Source of the DNA: an uncultured Candidatus Saccharibacteria bacterium
Lineage (GTDB): Bacteria; Patescibacteriota; Minisyncoccia; Sungbacterales; HO2-52-23
NCBI GenBank assembly: GCA_964585475.1
Contig: CAZPDF010000003.1
Span: 7,983 to 71,982 of the forward strand
DNA length: 64,000 nucleotides
Direction of reading: 5' to 3'
The position numbers were made by a program, and so were the translations under genes. This document shows positions 28,592 through 38,448 of the stretch, in pieces. Numbering within the stretch: the stretch's first letter is position 1; every line of letters starts with the position of its first letter. Under the pieces are notes generated by a model that had not been told where the DNA came from, searched no databases, and saw only the letters and a program-made list of their open reading frames with translations.

Positions 28592-28726
28592 ATGTCCGTT
28601 ACCTATCAGCCGTCGAAAATTAAGAGAAAGCGCGCCCACGGGTTCAGGAAGCGAATGAGGGGGTCGACCGGGCGCCGAGTGCTTGCGAGACGCCGAGCCA
28701 AAAAGCGGGAGAAACTTAGCCCATGA
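28592..28726 (+). CDS. rpmH: 50S ribosomal protein L34
   Basis: [44 protein letters not shown]. Stop overlaps the rnpA start (ATGA). Not in the supplied ORF track because it is under 60 aa. Confidence 0.85.
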   Translation: MSVTYQPSKIKRKRAHGFRKRMRGSTGRRVLARRRAKKREKLSP

Positions 28727-29055
28727 AAAAGCTCTATCGGTTGCAGGGCCACCGTGAGTTTAGGGCGCTGCTTTCTCGCGGACGCAGAAGAGATGCCCCC
28801 CTATTTCGGATTATATTCAAGCAGAGCGACCTGGTTCATTCCCGATACGCCTTTGTTGCTTCGCGCGCAGTGGACAAAAGATCTGCAGCGCGCCACCGGC
28901 TCATTCGACGCGCCAGAGAATGGGCCAGGAAGCAGCCGAGCCGGGCGGCGAGCAAGTTCGACATAGCCATTTTTTTTAAGAAAGACGCGGCGCGGGCCCC
29001 GCGTAAAATATTTTATGAAGAACTCGACAAAACATTTTCCGAAATTACTCGCTGA
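28723..29055 (+). CDS. rnpA: ribonuclease P protein component
   Basis: Basic RnpA pattern in the conserved rpmH-rnpA position. Confidence 0.85.
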   Translation: MKKLYRLQGHREFRALLSRGRRRDAPLFRIIFKQSDLVHSRYAFVASRAVDKRSAARHRLIRRAREWARKQPSRAASKFDIAIFFKKDAARAPRKIFYEELDKTFSEITR

Positions 29056-29296
29056 TCTTGCTGTATTTATTCTCCGTTTCTATCAAAAAACAATTTCGCC
29101 CGATCACGGAATTTTAGCCGGTGTTTGGGGAGGAGCACGGTGCCATTTTTTTCCTTCCTGCTCAGAATACGCGGTCGCCGCCATCCGTCAATATGGACTA
29201 ACATGCGGGTCTGTGGTGTCGCTTAAAAGAATTGCGCGCTGTCATCCGTGGAGTGCGGGAGGGTACGACCCCGTAGTCTTAAAACCGAAATCCTAA
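29015..29296 (+). CDS. yidD: membrane protein insertion efficiency factor YidD
   Basis: GGARCHFFPSCSEYA with the conserved cysteines. Lies between rnpA and yidC. Confidence 0.8.
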   Translation: MKNSTKHFPKLLADLAVFILRFYQKTISPDHGILAGVWGGARCHFFPSCSEYAVAAIRQYGLTCGSVVSLKRIARCHPWSAGGYDPVVLKPKS

Positions 29297-29320
29297 ACCC
29301 GAAATTCTAAACCGACCGTA

Positions 29321-29430
29321 GGTCGTCCTGAACGAAGTGAGGTCCCTAAGTCGCCGGAGGCGACCGGGATCCCGGCCGAAGGCCTAGGGAGAACTCGGGG
29401 CTCCTTCGTCGCTTCGCTCCTCAGGACGGC
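29321..29430. repeat. GTCATCCTGAGCG-family palindromic element (RPE-like), copy B, nested in a larger palindrome
   Basis: GTCGTCCTGAACGAAGTGAGG ... CCTTCGTCGCTTCGCTCCTCAGGACGGC. Flanked by inverted CCTAAA/TTTAGG tracts (29290-29475). Confidence 0.6.
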
Positions 29431-29477
29431 GTCCTAAGGGACGTCAGTTTAGGATCTAGTGCTTAGGATTTAGAATT

Positions 29478-30218
29478 TTGAATCCATTCAATTTTGTCTA
29501 CACAGAATTTCTATGGCGCCCGTTATTTAACGGGCTCGTTTGGCTCTATGCGGTTATTCCGCCGCACGATCTTGGCCTGGCCATTGTTATCCTAACGGTC
29601 CTGATTCGGGCTATCCTCACCCCCCTGCTTCTTCGTGCACAGAAATCACAGCGCGACTTTGCGCGCCTTCAGGGCGAGATCAAGCAGATCCAGGAAAAAT
29701 TTAAAGGGCATCGTGATGCTCAGGGAAAAGCAACAATGGAGCTTTACCAGCGTGAAAAGGTAAACCCCTTTTCGGGCTGTCTTATGGTACTTATTCAGGG
29801 CCTCGTGCTCTTTACTCTATTCCCGCTCTTTCGCCAGGCTCTGGACCCGGCCATGCTTGTCTTTCTTTACGCATTTGTGTCAAACCCCGGGCCGATGAAT
29901 ACCATAAGTTTCGGGGTTCTTGATCTTGCCCAAGCTAATCTATATTGGGGGGCGCTCGCGGCGGTAAGCCTCTATTTCCAAACCAAACTCGGCGCTCCGG
30001 CTCTTCCCGCCGCCTCCGGCCCGAACGATTTTTCCCGCATGCTGCAGAAGCAGATGCTCTACATGCTGCCGGTTATGATTTTCTTCTTTTCGATGAGTCT
30101 TCCCGTCGCCATCACGCTTTACTGGACAATTTTAAACATTCTTGGTATCGTGCAGGAGATCCTAGTACGCAAGTTCCAAATTCCAAGCGCCAAAGTACAA
30201 ACAAATTCCAAGACCTAA
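29478..30218 (+). CDS. yidC: membrane protein insertase YidC (short form)
   Basis: Five-transmembrane short YidC pattern. Follows yidD. Confidence 0.85.
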   Translation: MNPFNFVYTEFLWRPLFNGLVWLYAVIPPHDLGLAIVILTVLIRAILTPLLLRAQKSQRDFARLQGEIKQIQEKFKGHRDAQGKATMELYQREKVNPFSGCLMVLIQGLVLFTLFPLFRQALDPAMLVFLYAFVSNPGPMNTISFGVLDLAQANLYWGALAAVSLYFQTKLGAPALPAASGPNDFSRMLQKQMLYMLPVMIFFFSMSLPVAITLYWTILNILGIVQEILVRKFQIPSAKVQTNSKT

Positions 30219-30309
30219 GGCCTAAATTCCAGACACGTTTCGAAACCAGAGCGTTAGAATTTCGGTATTGTTTGTGATTTGGAATTTGTGATTCTGGATT
30301 TTAAGGAAG

Positions 30310-30765
30310 ATGGACCCGGAAATTATAAAAAACGAAATTAAGGAGGTGCTCGACAAAATGAGTTACGGCGAAGAGCTTGAAGCGATTGAGGCCCACCAAG
30401 GCACCACCAGCCGTTTTAGTGTGCGCGTCCGAGGAGAGGCCAATATGCTGATTGGCGAGCACGGAGCGAACCTCGCGGCCCTCGAGCATGTTTTGAAAAA
30501 AATAATTCAGAAAAAATACGGCGAGGGCCACAAATTTACTTTGGACATAAATGACTATCGCATGAAGCGGCTTGAGGACTTGAAGCAAGACGTAAAAGCG
30601 GCAGCGAAAGATGTAAGATTGTATCGAAAAGACGTTCCGCTGCGCGCCATGTCGTCCTTTGAGCGAAGGATTGTCCATCTTCTCCTTGCCGAATACCCCG
30701 ACATTACTACGGAATCAATCGGGCAGGAGCCGGAGCGCAGGGTGGTGATAAGGCCGTATCCATAA
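30310..30765 (+). CDS. jag: Jag/KhpB-like RNA-binding protein (KH + R3H)
   Basis: C-terminal R3H domain (FERRIVHLLLAEY). Conserved position after yidC. Confidence 0.7.
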   Translation: MDPEIIKNEIKEVLDKMSYGEELEAIEAHQGTTSRFSVRVRGEANMLIGEHGANLAALEHVLKKIIQKKYGEGHKFTLDINDYRMKRLEDLKQDVKAAAKDVRLYRKDVPLRAMSSFERRIVHLLLAEYPDITTESIGQEPERRVVIRPYP

Positions 30766-30859
30766 AATCCGCTGAATCATACGCGGATAGGTACGCTGAA
30801 AAGAAAAACGCTGATACTGATCAGCGTAAATTCGGCGTATTTATGCGTCTTATCGGCGG

Positions 30860-32053
30860 TTATTTTAATTTCAAACTCCACAATGTTCCGTCTCTGCGAT
30901 CGACGAACATAAGCCAATCCTTATTTTTAGTTACTGCAAGCTCCGATACGTCAAAATTGCCCTCCTCGAACACCGAAACCACTTCGTTTTTGTCCGGTAC
31001 TATGCGTACGATTCTGTCCGAAGTATTGATTTCCCCGCGCAAATAATCATCCGGCCAGAGTGCCGAGAAGGGAATTTCTTTAGGAACGGCGCAATATATT
31101 TCTTTTGCGTCGGCAAATATACATTTGGAAGCGATAGTTCGAATGCCGTCGAGGGGTGATAACAGCTTACCCGAGGAGTCATATAGCGCAAGATCCGGGT
31201 TTTTCCCGGCCAGGTCGGTTAAGGATACTAAAACTCGTGTCCCGTCATTGGACCAGCGCGACATAAGCCCCCGCAGGGGCCCCACGATTTTTGTGAGCGG
31301 CGTTGTCCGGGTGAACGTGAATAAAAATCCGTCGGCCAGGCCGGAGGGTGCGGTCTCAAGCGCAAATTTGCCTGCGGGTAGCGCGGAAAGCTCACCGTCA
31401 AAAACCGGAAGAGCGGCTATGGCCTGATTGTTTTTTCCGGAGGAAGCGACAATGACTAGTTTCATCCCTTCGCCATCGGTGAGAAGATAGACGGCGGTTT
31501 TTCCATCCGGCGCCCACGCAAAACTTTTTATATCCTGCGGCAGAGTGGCGACGGAGGAAGTTCCTATGTGCAGAAACCCTTTTAGCGTTTCGCCGTCAAG
31601 ATAAAATACTGCGGCGCGATCTCGGGCAGGTGACCAGAGCGCTTCGGTGATTCCTACGATGGTCAGGTTGGATATTTTTTCCTGGGGTTGGCCGTTGGGG
31701 GCGGAGGACAAGAGGTCCCCGCCGTCTTTTTTATAGAAAAGTATTTTGTCCTCTTTGGCGTTGAACGAAGCGCCGATTACCGGAAAATCAGTAAGCCGGA
31801 ACAATTTTCCTTCCAGGGTTTTCGGAATTTCAAATTCTACAGATTCTTCCCCGGCCGGAGAAGTGCCCGGCTCTGGGGCCCGTCCTCCCAAGGGCGAGGG
31901 CAATTTGCCGGCAACGCCACTTTCTTCCTGCGAGCCCCCCCGTTCGGTGGCGGCCGGCAATAAAAATTGATAGGCAAGAAACCCAAGACCCGCAAGAATA
32001 AGAATTCCTACCGCCCCATATATTATTAATTTTTTGCGTTGTAGCATTTCCAT
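30860..32053 (-). CDS. membrane-anchored TolB-like beta-propeller protein
   Basis: N-terminal transmembrane helix followed by WD40/TolB-like repeats (DGKTAVYLLTDGEG, DGTRVLVSLTD). Confidence 0.4.
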   Translation of the reverse strand: MEMLQRKKLIIYGAVGILILAGLGFLAYQFLLPAATERGGSQEESGVAGKLPSPLGGRAPEPGTSPAGEESVEFEIPKTLEGKLFRLTDFPVIGASFNAKEDKILFYKKDGGDLLSSAPNGQPQEKISNLTIVGITEALWSPARDRAAVFYLDGETLKGFLHIGTSSVATLPQDIKSFAWAPDGKTAVYLLTDGEGMKLVIVASSGKNNQAIAALPVFDGELSALPAGKFALETAPSGLADGFLFTFTRTTPLTKIVGPLRGLMSRWSNDGTRVLVSLTDLAGKNPDLALYDSSGKLLSPLDGIRTIASKCIFADAKEIYCAVPKEIPFSALWPDDYLRGEINTSDRIVRIVPDKNEVVSVFEEGNFDVSELAVTKNKDWLMFVDRRDGTLWSLKLK

Positions 32054-32065
32054 GGAAAAGTGTTT

Positions 32066-32548
32066 CTAAGGGCAGAACCCCGAAGCCGGAGCTGGCATGG
32101 GCGCCCCGGCCGGCTGGAGGCAGCGTAGATTTTGTACCCACCCGGCTCCGCCAACCAGGTCCGGGTTAATGGTGAACAGGATAAGATAGGAAAGCAGGGC
32201 AAGAACTAACCCCAATACGGCATTGCCCATATAATCGCGTGCGGTTTTGGCGCGCGACTCGCTGTCTCCGGCCGTAAGGTACATAATTCCTCCGATGACG
32301 AGCATGATGAGTGCGGAAATACCCACCAAACTTAAACCGAAGACATAGAGGCGGGCGAATATCTGTCCTATATCAAGCCCAACGTTTAGGAACTCAAGTC
32401 CCGGAACTTGCGCTTGCGCAATTGCGGCGAGTTCCACACAATGCCCTCCACCGCCGTTTCGGCAGGCGGCATCTACCCCAGAGCCATAAACGAATGCCGT
32501 AAAGAGGAGTACCGCGGCACCTAGATAAAAAATAGTTTTTTTCGTCAT
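32066..32548 (-). CDS. VirB2/TrbC-like type IV secretion pilin candidate
   Basis: Signal peptide followed by two hydrophobic helices separated by a short polar loop (LVGISALIMLVIGGIMYLTAGDSESRAKTARDYMGNAVLGLVLALLSYLILF). The 4-bp overlap with the upstream gene suggests one operon. Confidence 0.45.
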   Translation of the reverse strand: MTKKTIFYLGAAVLLFTAFVYGSGVDAACRNGGGGHCVELAAIAQAQVPGLEFLNVGLDIGQIFARLYVFGLSLVGISALIMLVIGGIMYLTAGDSESRAKTARDYMGNAVLGLVLALLSYLILFTINPDLVGGAGWVQNLRCLQPAGAPMPAPASGFCP

Positions 32549-33801
32549 TGCAGTATTAGGTCTATTATTTTTTCCGCCGGAGGAGCAAAGGAATTATTGC
32601 GCCCGATGCGTAAAGTTACCGAAGTTTTTCTGGCGGGCTGATTTTGGGTATCCACCGTAAGAAGGTGCGCATTTTCCGGAGAGCCGCTGATCTCATTTCC
32701 TCCGACATCCCAGACATAAGTAAGACTTTTTCTAGAGGTTACCGGAAAGAAAAATGGCTCCGCGATAAAATCCACCAGACCCCTTGTATCCGACGCAAAC
32801 GCGAAAATAGCTCGTCGCGTCTCAATGCCGCCAAGAGGCGAGGAACCATATATAACGGCGCGAGGGGTATAGGCGGGAACGAAGATTGTTTTTTCTTTGC
32901 GAATTCGCTTATTTGCGTCTTCAACGGTCAGACGGATAACGTGTGACGCGCCCGGCAAATCGGCCATTTGCACACGGAATATTTGTCTACCTACGCCAGC
33001 AAGCACGGGTTTTTGTTCGTCCAGCCCCCAACGGTAGATGAGAGTTTCCGGGCGCAGCATAACACCGCCCATTACAAATTGCGGAATTGCCGTAATCGCA
33101 ACCACTGATCCTTGCGAAGGCAGGGTCCTGCCTTTGTACCACTTGGGAACGTATGTTTCGGCGGACCACGTAACCGCGAGGTCGGATACGCGGATGGTGA
33201 GCGAGGCAGAATTTATTGTACCGTCCGGCCGCGACACGCGCACGTTCAGGGTTTCGGCTGATCCAACCCCGCCGGCAGTAAGGGCAAAGGTGTGTTTGCC
33301 GGGCCCGGAGAGATCGGAGCGGAAAACGCCGTTTACCGTCCAGGAGAAAGTTGCAAAATTCCTGTCGTAGGTCGGCATTCGCGCTTCAACCGTTATGGTT
33401 TCGCCAGGGGAAGGAGAACTTGGCGTAGCGACCACCAAGAGCGGTTCCTTAAGCTCCGAGAGCACAGAAGGATTAAATACATCCGACGGGACAGGAAAAG
33501 CGCTGGAAGGAACCTGGGGAGAGGTAGTGCCAAAAAGAGCCGAAAAGTCGGGGAGGGTTTGGGCGGACACAGCAAGGGCCACCAGGAGTCCCGCCGCCGC
33601 CAAGGCCGTTATCCACGCCCCAGAAGACCACGGGCTTGCCCGCGGACGAGTGGGTCTTCTGGAGGCGGGATTCCGCCCCTCGGCCAAGCCTGCAGGGCCT
33701 GACCGTAACGCAGGGGCACCACGGGCTTGCCCGAGGGGCTCCATTTTTGAAACCTTACGCATGTTCATATTTATTATACTTCCAAAAAGACCCGGCGTCA
33801 T
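32545..33801 (-). CDS. secreted or membrane-anchored hypothetical protein of the T4SS-like cluster
   Basis: N-terminal hydrophobic helix. Ser/Thr/Val-rich beta-rich sequence. Overlaps the VirB4 stop. Confidence 0.4.
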   Translation of the reverse strand: MTPGLFGSIINMNMRKVSKMEPLGQARGAPALRSGPAGLAEGRNPASRRPTRPRASPWSSGAWITALAAAGLLVALAVSAQTLPDFSALFGTTSPQVPSSAFPVPSDVFNPSVLSELKEPLLVVATPSSPSPGETITVEARMPTYDRNFATFSWTVNGVFRSDLSGPGKHTFALTAGGVGSAETLNVRVSRPDGTINSASLTIRVSDLAVTWSAETYVPKWYKGRTLPSQGSVVAITAIPQFVMGGVMLRPETLIYRWGLDEQKPVLAGVGRQIFRVQMADLPGASHVIRLTVEDANKRIRKEKTIFVPAYTPRAVIYGSSPLGGIETRRAIFAFASDTRGLVDFIAEPFFFPVTSRKSLTYVWDVGGNEISGSPENAHLLTVDTQNQPARKTSVTLRIGRNNSFAPPAEKIIDLILQ

Positions 33802-35633
33802 TAGGCCTTCGCGCCGGCCGCAAATTCCTCTTTGGCCTTTTTAATAAGTAAAAGCTGGGCCGGGTCAGAGGTAATAATCTGGTCTTCGGTGTAGGACCCG
33901 ATTACTTTTATCGCCACGTGCTTCAATCCGGCAAAGAATATTCCTTCCCCCCGCTCTGATTCAAGCAGGAGGAATTTTTCCTCCTCGGTCAGGTTGAAGG
34001 TTTGCATGACGAAATCAATGGTGGCGGGAGACTGCCGAAGAAGCATCTGCATGGAGGAATTGGTGATAATCGGTTTTCCGTAGGGAGAGTTAAAAAAGTC
34101 GCCCACGTCCTGCGTGACCGTGGTGAGCCCGAGATAGTACTTGCGTGCTCTTTTGGCAATGCCGAAAAGAAAAGATGCCCCGTCCTCGTGTTTCATCAAC
34201 CACCAGGCCTCGTCCACCACGAGGATCCTTTTTTTCAGGCGCGTGCGTATCTCGTTCCAAATAAACCGCAAGATAAGGAATATTCCCACCGCCCGCAGTT
34301 CGTCCTCCATGTCTCTTACGGAGAACACCACCAAGCGATTATTCATCTCGATATTGGTCGGCTGGTTGAAGAAGCCGGACCAGGTCCCGGTGGTGTATTT
34401 TTTCAGGCGCATCGCAAGATTTTCTCCGCCGGCGGTTGAGGCCAGAATCAGTTCAAGATCCGATAGGATCGGCGGAGTGATTTTCGAAAAGTCGGATTCA
34501 GGCGTGATGTCCCGCGAGGCGTAGGTTTCAGTAATTGCTTGATCAAGTATGGCATCCTCCTCGGCGGTGATCCCCCCCAGCATAATCCGGAAAAGCCCGA
34601 CCAAGTTTATGATGTTTGATCGGAGAACGTCTGACGGCGATTCATCCTCCCGAGGGACCGGAAGATCAAAAGGGTTTATGTGGTGTTTGGATGTAAGGGA
34701 GATGCCGATGTAGGAGCCGCCGACAACCTGCGCCAGATACTCATATTCTCGCTCGGGATCAATAACGATGACATCCGTATCCCACATAAGAGAGCGGATG
34801 ATTTCGAGCTTCATCAAATAGCTTTTTCCACCGCCGGAAATCCCGAAGATTACGGAATTGGCGTTGGGCAACGAGAATCGGTCAAAAAGTATCAAGCTGT
34901 TATTGTGGCGATTGATTCCGTAGAGAATGCCTTTATTTGAAGTAAGGTCAAACGACACAAACGGGAAAGTTGACGAAACGGGTGAAGAGTTGAGGTAGGT
35001 GTTGATTCCGAGTTTGTCGATGTTTAACGGGAGGACGGACTGGAAGCCCTCGGTCTGTTGGAAGAGGGCTGGCTTGGTATAGACCAGGCGCGACTCAAAA
35101 AGGGATTTAATTTCCGATTCGGTTTTATTTAGTTCCTGCTCCGAATAGCCGTAGATCGTAATATATAGGCCGAAGTTAAAAATTCTCTCAGTGGCCTGCT
35201 GGAGTTTGTCGCGGAGCTCCTCAAGGTCCTGGTGGGCGGTGTCCAGTATGGGGTCGCGGACGAGGCCCTTCTCCTCGCGCGCCGCAATCTGGGAACCCAC
35301 CTGCGCGACTTTACGGCGGAGCGTCTTTAGCATTGATCCGGTATCCACCGGATGGATGAACATAGAGACGTCGAATATTTTATCCAGATTTATAACGGGG
35401 CTGAACCAGGCCGTATGGAGGTAGCGCGGATAGGCGAAGATGAAAATGGTTCTGGCAAGTTTAGCTCCGAGGCGAATAAACGTCGGGTTGACTTCAAGCG
35501 CAGAGGGGGAGAGAACGTCTTTTAACGCAAGTTCGCCGGCCCGGTATATTTCTTCCGGGAAAACAGCAAAAATCTCCGATTCCGGATCTTTTTTAGTTTT
35601 AGTTCCAAAGAGTGAAACCACGAATATGTGCAC
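33801..35633 (-). CDS. VirB4/TrbE/CagE-family T4SS ATPase, C-terminal ATPase portion
   Basis: Walker A GISGGGKS and Walker B ILVVDEAWW. VirB4-type C-terminal domain. Begins with GTG, in frame with the upstream N-terminal ORF. Confidence 0.85.
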   Translation of the reverse strand: MHIFVVSLFGTKTKKDPESEIFAVFPEEIYRAGELALKDVLSPSALEVNPTFIRLGAKLARTIFIFAYPRYLHTAWFSPVINLDKIFDVSMFIHPVDTGSMLKTLRRKVAQVGSQIAAREEKGLVRDPILDTAHQDLEELRDKLQQATERIFNFGLYITIYGYSEQELNKTESEIKSLFESRLVYTKPALFQQTEGFQSVLPLNIDKLGINTYLNSSPVSSTFPFVSFDLTSNKGILYGINRHNNSLILFDRFSLPNANSVIFGISGGGKSYLMKLEIIRSLMWDTDVIVIDPEREYEYLAQVVGGSYIGISLTSKHHINPFDLPVPREDESPSDVLRSNIINLVGLFRIMLGGITAEEDAILDQAITETYASRDITPESDFSKITPPILSDLELILASTAGGENLAMRLKKYTTGTWSGFFNQPTNIEMNNRLVVFSVRDMEDELRAVGIFLILRFIWNEIRTRLKKRILVVDEAWWLMKHEDGASFLFGIAKRARKYYLGLTTVTQDVGDFFNSPYGKPIITNSSMQMLLRQSPATIDFVMQTFNLTEEEKFLLLESERGEGIFFAGLKHVAIKVIGSYTEDQIITSDPAQLLLIKKAKEEFAAGAKA

Positions 35634-35702
35634 TAGTTATTCACCAATAACACTAATTTACGACCTTTCTATATCCCGAGACCGTAGAAGAACCCATCTT
35701 TA

Positions 35703-35779
35703 GTTATCCTGAACGCAGTGAAGGATCTTTATTCCTCGGTATATCATACGGTTGAGGTGCTTCGCTTCGCTCAGCATGA
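35703..35779. repeat. GTCATCCTGAGCG-family palindromic element, copy C, between the two VirB4 ORFs
   Basis: GTTATCCTGAACGCAGTGAAGGA ... GCTTCGCTTCGCTCAGCATGAC. Confidence 0.65.
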
Positions 35780-35837
35780 CATTTTGAGACTCTTTTCTAC
35801 GGTTTCATCTTATCCCCGATCTGGTACATGTTCGTGG

Positions 35838-36482
35838 CTAGCTTGCGGCAGTTACCACTGCTTTCTCAAACTCCGTCGGGTTATAGAGCCCGTAGAATAG
35901 CTCGATCAGTTCCTCTGTATTCAGCGGGGCCGAGCGCACGCCAACCCGCTGGAGCCCTGCCACCACCGTATCTACCCTCTGCCAGAGCTGATTTTTGTGT
36001 TCTTCAAAAGAATCTCCTGTCCCGCCCGCCGTTTCTTTTTTGGCCAGGCCCAAGGCGGAGGTGAGTCCGCCGAGTATCCCTTTTTGTTCGAGCATCGGGG
36101 GGGTAAAGGGCACGACGGCGTAGAAAGTTTTGGACATGATGTTGGTCATCTCCACGAACGTTTTTATAAATTCCATGTATTCGGTAACCTGTATTTTTAA
36201 AAGTTCGTTGTCCTCCTCTTTCTGTCGTGTCTGTAGTGACTCAAGGTAGGGCGCGACGTTAAGGCGTCGCGAATGGACCACAAATTGCAGCGGAAAGTCG
36301 AGGGAATTCAAAAAATTCTGGTATTGGAAAATAATCGCGTCCTGTTCATCGCTTGATTTGAGAGCGAAGTTTAGCGAGGAGCACATAAGAATTACGCGAA
36401 GCCCGCCGTCTTTTAAGATGGCCGTGTCTTCCCGAACGGTTTCAATCGCCAAAAATTGTTGGGCTGATGCGCCAGTGGGCAT
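35838..36482 (-). CDS. VirB4-family N-terminal domain (separate ORF, same frame as the ATPase portion)
   Basis: REDTAILKDGGLRVILMCSSLNFALKSSDEQDAII resembles the VirB4/TraE N-terminal domain. The stop lies 204 nt upstream of the ATPase ORF's GTG start. Confidence 0.55.
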   Translation of the reverse strand: MPTGASAQQFLAIETVREDTAILKDGGLRVILMCSSLNFALKSSDEQDAIIFQYQNFLNSLDFPLQFVVHSRRLNVAPYLESLQTRQKEEDNELLKIQVTEYMEFIKTFVEMTNIMSKTFYAVVPFTPPMLEQKGILGGLTSALGLAKKETAGGTGDSFEEHKNQLWQRVDTVVAGLQRVGVRSAPLNTEELIELFYGLYNPTEFEKAVVTAAS

Positions 36483-36527
36483 ACGCGAATATTAAACGAA
36501 TTATTTAACGAATAAGAACTAATAAAT

Positions 36528-36905
36528 TTAGGGACGGTGGACGATCCGCTTGTAACGGACACCGGTTTTCGAAAAAAGTGTAAGTATTCCCAAGCGCAGT
36601 TTCGCCGCCTTCAGATAGCTATAAATCTGCTTGCTGTCTTGTGCATAAAATCTGGACGCAACTTTTAATTCCAACACTATTTTATTTTCTATCAGAAAAT
36701 CTAGCCGATACTTCCCCGCCTTTTTGCCTTCGTACTCCAGCGGGATTTCGATCTCTTTTTGGTAGACCAGGCCGAGTTTATCAAATTCGTGGGCAAGCGC
36801 GCGCTGATAATACTGTTCTCTATAGCCATGCCCGAGTGTATTGAAAACCTTGAAAATCGCCCCAATTATTTTATAACTTAGTTCTTTATACAAGATTTCG
36901 GGCAT
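36528..36905 (-). CDS. GxxExxY family protein (PD-(D/E)XK-like)
   Basis: YEGKKAGKYRLDFLIENKIVLELKVASR matches the GxxExxY family core. Confidence 0.65.
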   Translation of the reverse strand: MPEILYKELSYKIIGAIFKVFNTLGHGYREQYYQRALAHEFDKLGLVYQKEIEIPLEYEGKKAGKYRLDFLIENKIVLELKVASRFYAQDSKQIYSYLKAAKLRLGILTLFSKTGVRYKRIVHRP

Positions 36906-36939
36906 TTATTCGTTGGGATTCGTTTTGAAAATTAGTTCA

Positions 36940-37374
36940 TTATTCGCGTCTTGGTTCTTGCGTTTTCTCTTTAATATCTAAACTCCAGGCCAGATCATTA
37001 AGTTTGGATTCCGAAAGCTTGGGGATGTTTTTTATAAGGACCTCCGGTTTTTTTAATCTTTCCTCCGGTTTGGCTTTTTTGGAGGGCGGCTCCTTTTTCC
37101 AGAGGTAGAGACGCGGGCGAATCAGATAGAGCGCCGCGCTTTTTAGAATTATCGGAAAGGGCTGCTCATTTAACTTAAGGAACGCGAGGGAACCGGCCAG
37201 CGAGCCGATGATAAGGGCTGTTAGGTAGAACAGGAACCCGGTGAAGAATCGCGAGGCGATGAAAATAAGGACGGCCCCGGCCCCGAGATAAAAAAACTGT
37301 TTTATCGTGAAGGGGCCGATAACCTTGTCCTCGACCGTAATAAATTGCGGAACCTGATACTGCCTCATAAGCAA
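36940..37374 (-). CDS. small two-transmembrane-helix protein, possibly VirB3-like
   Basis: Two adjacent hydrophobic helices and a basic tail. Sits immediately upstream of VirB4, separated only by the GxxExxY gene. Confidence 0.3.
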   Translation of the reverse strand: MLMRQYQVPQFITVEDKVIGPFTIKQFFYLGAGAVLIFIASRFFTGFLFYLTALIIGSLAGSLAFLKLNEQPFPIILKSAALYLIRPRLYLWKKEPPSKKAKPEERLKKPEVLIKNIPKLSESKLNDLAWSLDIKEKTQEPRRE

Positions 37375-37477
37375 ACAAGAATATAGAACTTAGGTCTTAG
37401 AACCGGTTACGACTTTCTTATATTATCGCAGAGTTCCACGGGCTTGCCCGTGGGTATCTACATTCTCTCCGCGGCTA

Positions 37478-38437
37478 TTACTCCATCGGTTCTTTATAAG
37501 GATCATGCCCGGGGCCCTTCTCGGTAAATGGACGCTGCTCTCTCTCTACTTCTTCCGGCGCTCCGGGCATTTTTGGCGCCGCCGTTGTCTCGGGTTTTTT
37601 TTCCGGCGCGGGCGAGCGGCGAAGGGCAGAGAATATGTCTTCTTCGCGTTTCAAGGGGTCGGGTGCGGCCGGTTTAGCTTGCTGCTGGTCTCTGCCCGAC
37701 TGTCTTAAATCAAGCGGTGGAACTTTGGAGGCGCCAAAGGGAGACGGTGTTGGTTTTTCTTCTGCGGCGTTTCGCGTAGAGGATTCTCTGCCCTCGCGAT
37801 ACGGATCAAAACCCCCGTACGGAGATTTTTTTGGAGGGGGCGGGACAGCCGGCGTAACAGGAGATCCGGCTGGCTTTATTTCTTGAGCGGGGGGCTTGGG
37901 CGTCTCCGGCTTTTTTGGTACGGGCGCTGGAGAAGGCGGTACTGCTGTTGCGGCCGCGGAACTAATCGCGCTTGGTTTTTGCTGTCGCAGGTCAATAGGA
38001 GAAACCCTAGACGATGCTGGCGGAGGTTGCGATTCTTGGGTCTTTGGTGGCGAAACAACGGCATGCCTTACCAACACCTCGGACTTCTGTATTTCCTCCT
38101 CGGTCATCTCCACCTGATGAGCGGAGCGTAGGGCCTCGCGCAGGGGGTAGAAAATTTGGTGGTTTATCTCCGAGGCGATTTTTTTAGCCGTGTCCGCGTC
38201 AACGATAAGCGTACTTGCAAGCGCCTGGACAAATTCGCGGGGCTTGGTGAGCCCCATGATTACCAGCCCCGTCTCCCCGGCCGCGGCCCCCCGTTTTTCG
38301 GTGGTGAGCCCAAATTTCTTGCCGATTTCATATAGCTTATCTGCGCCTTCCACGCTTAACAAAGCGTCCTTCAGGACTTCGGGAAGTTTTTTAAATTGCT
38401 CTTCAAGCTCCTCTTTTTTGTAAGGTTTGTTTACCAT
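37478..38437 (-). CDS. proline-rich hypothetical protein with an N-terminal globular domain
   Basis: About 120 aa structured N-terminus, then a long P/S/A/K-rich low-complexity region. Confidence 0.4.
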   Translation of the reverse strand: MVNKPYKKEELEEQFKKLPEVLKDALLSVEGADKLYEIGKKFGLTTEKRGAAAGETGLVIMGLTKPREFVQALASTLIVDADTAKKIASEINHQIFYPLREALRSAHQVEMTEEEIQKSEVLVRHAVVSPPKTQESQPPPASSRVSPIDLRQQKPSAISSAAATAVPPSPAPVPKKPETPKPPAQEIKPAGSPVTPAVPPPPKKSPYGGFDPYREGRESSTRNAAEEKPTPSPFGASKVPPLDLRQSGRDQQQAKPAAPDPLKREEDIFSALRRSPAPEKKPETTAAPKMPGAPEEVEREQRPFTEKGPGHDPYKEPME

Positions 38438-38448
38438 TGGATTCGGGA

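Noticed and set aside
33292-33851. Several plus-strand ORFs of 110-149 aa with Arg/Gly/Pro-rich products
   Set aside because: They lie antisense to the GC-rich 5' part of the T4SS surface-protein gene. Composition-driven artefacts.
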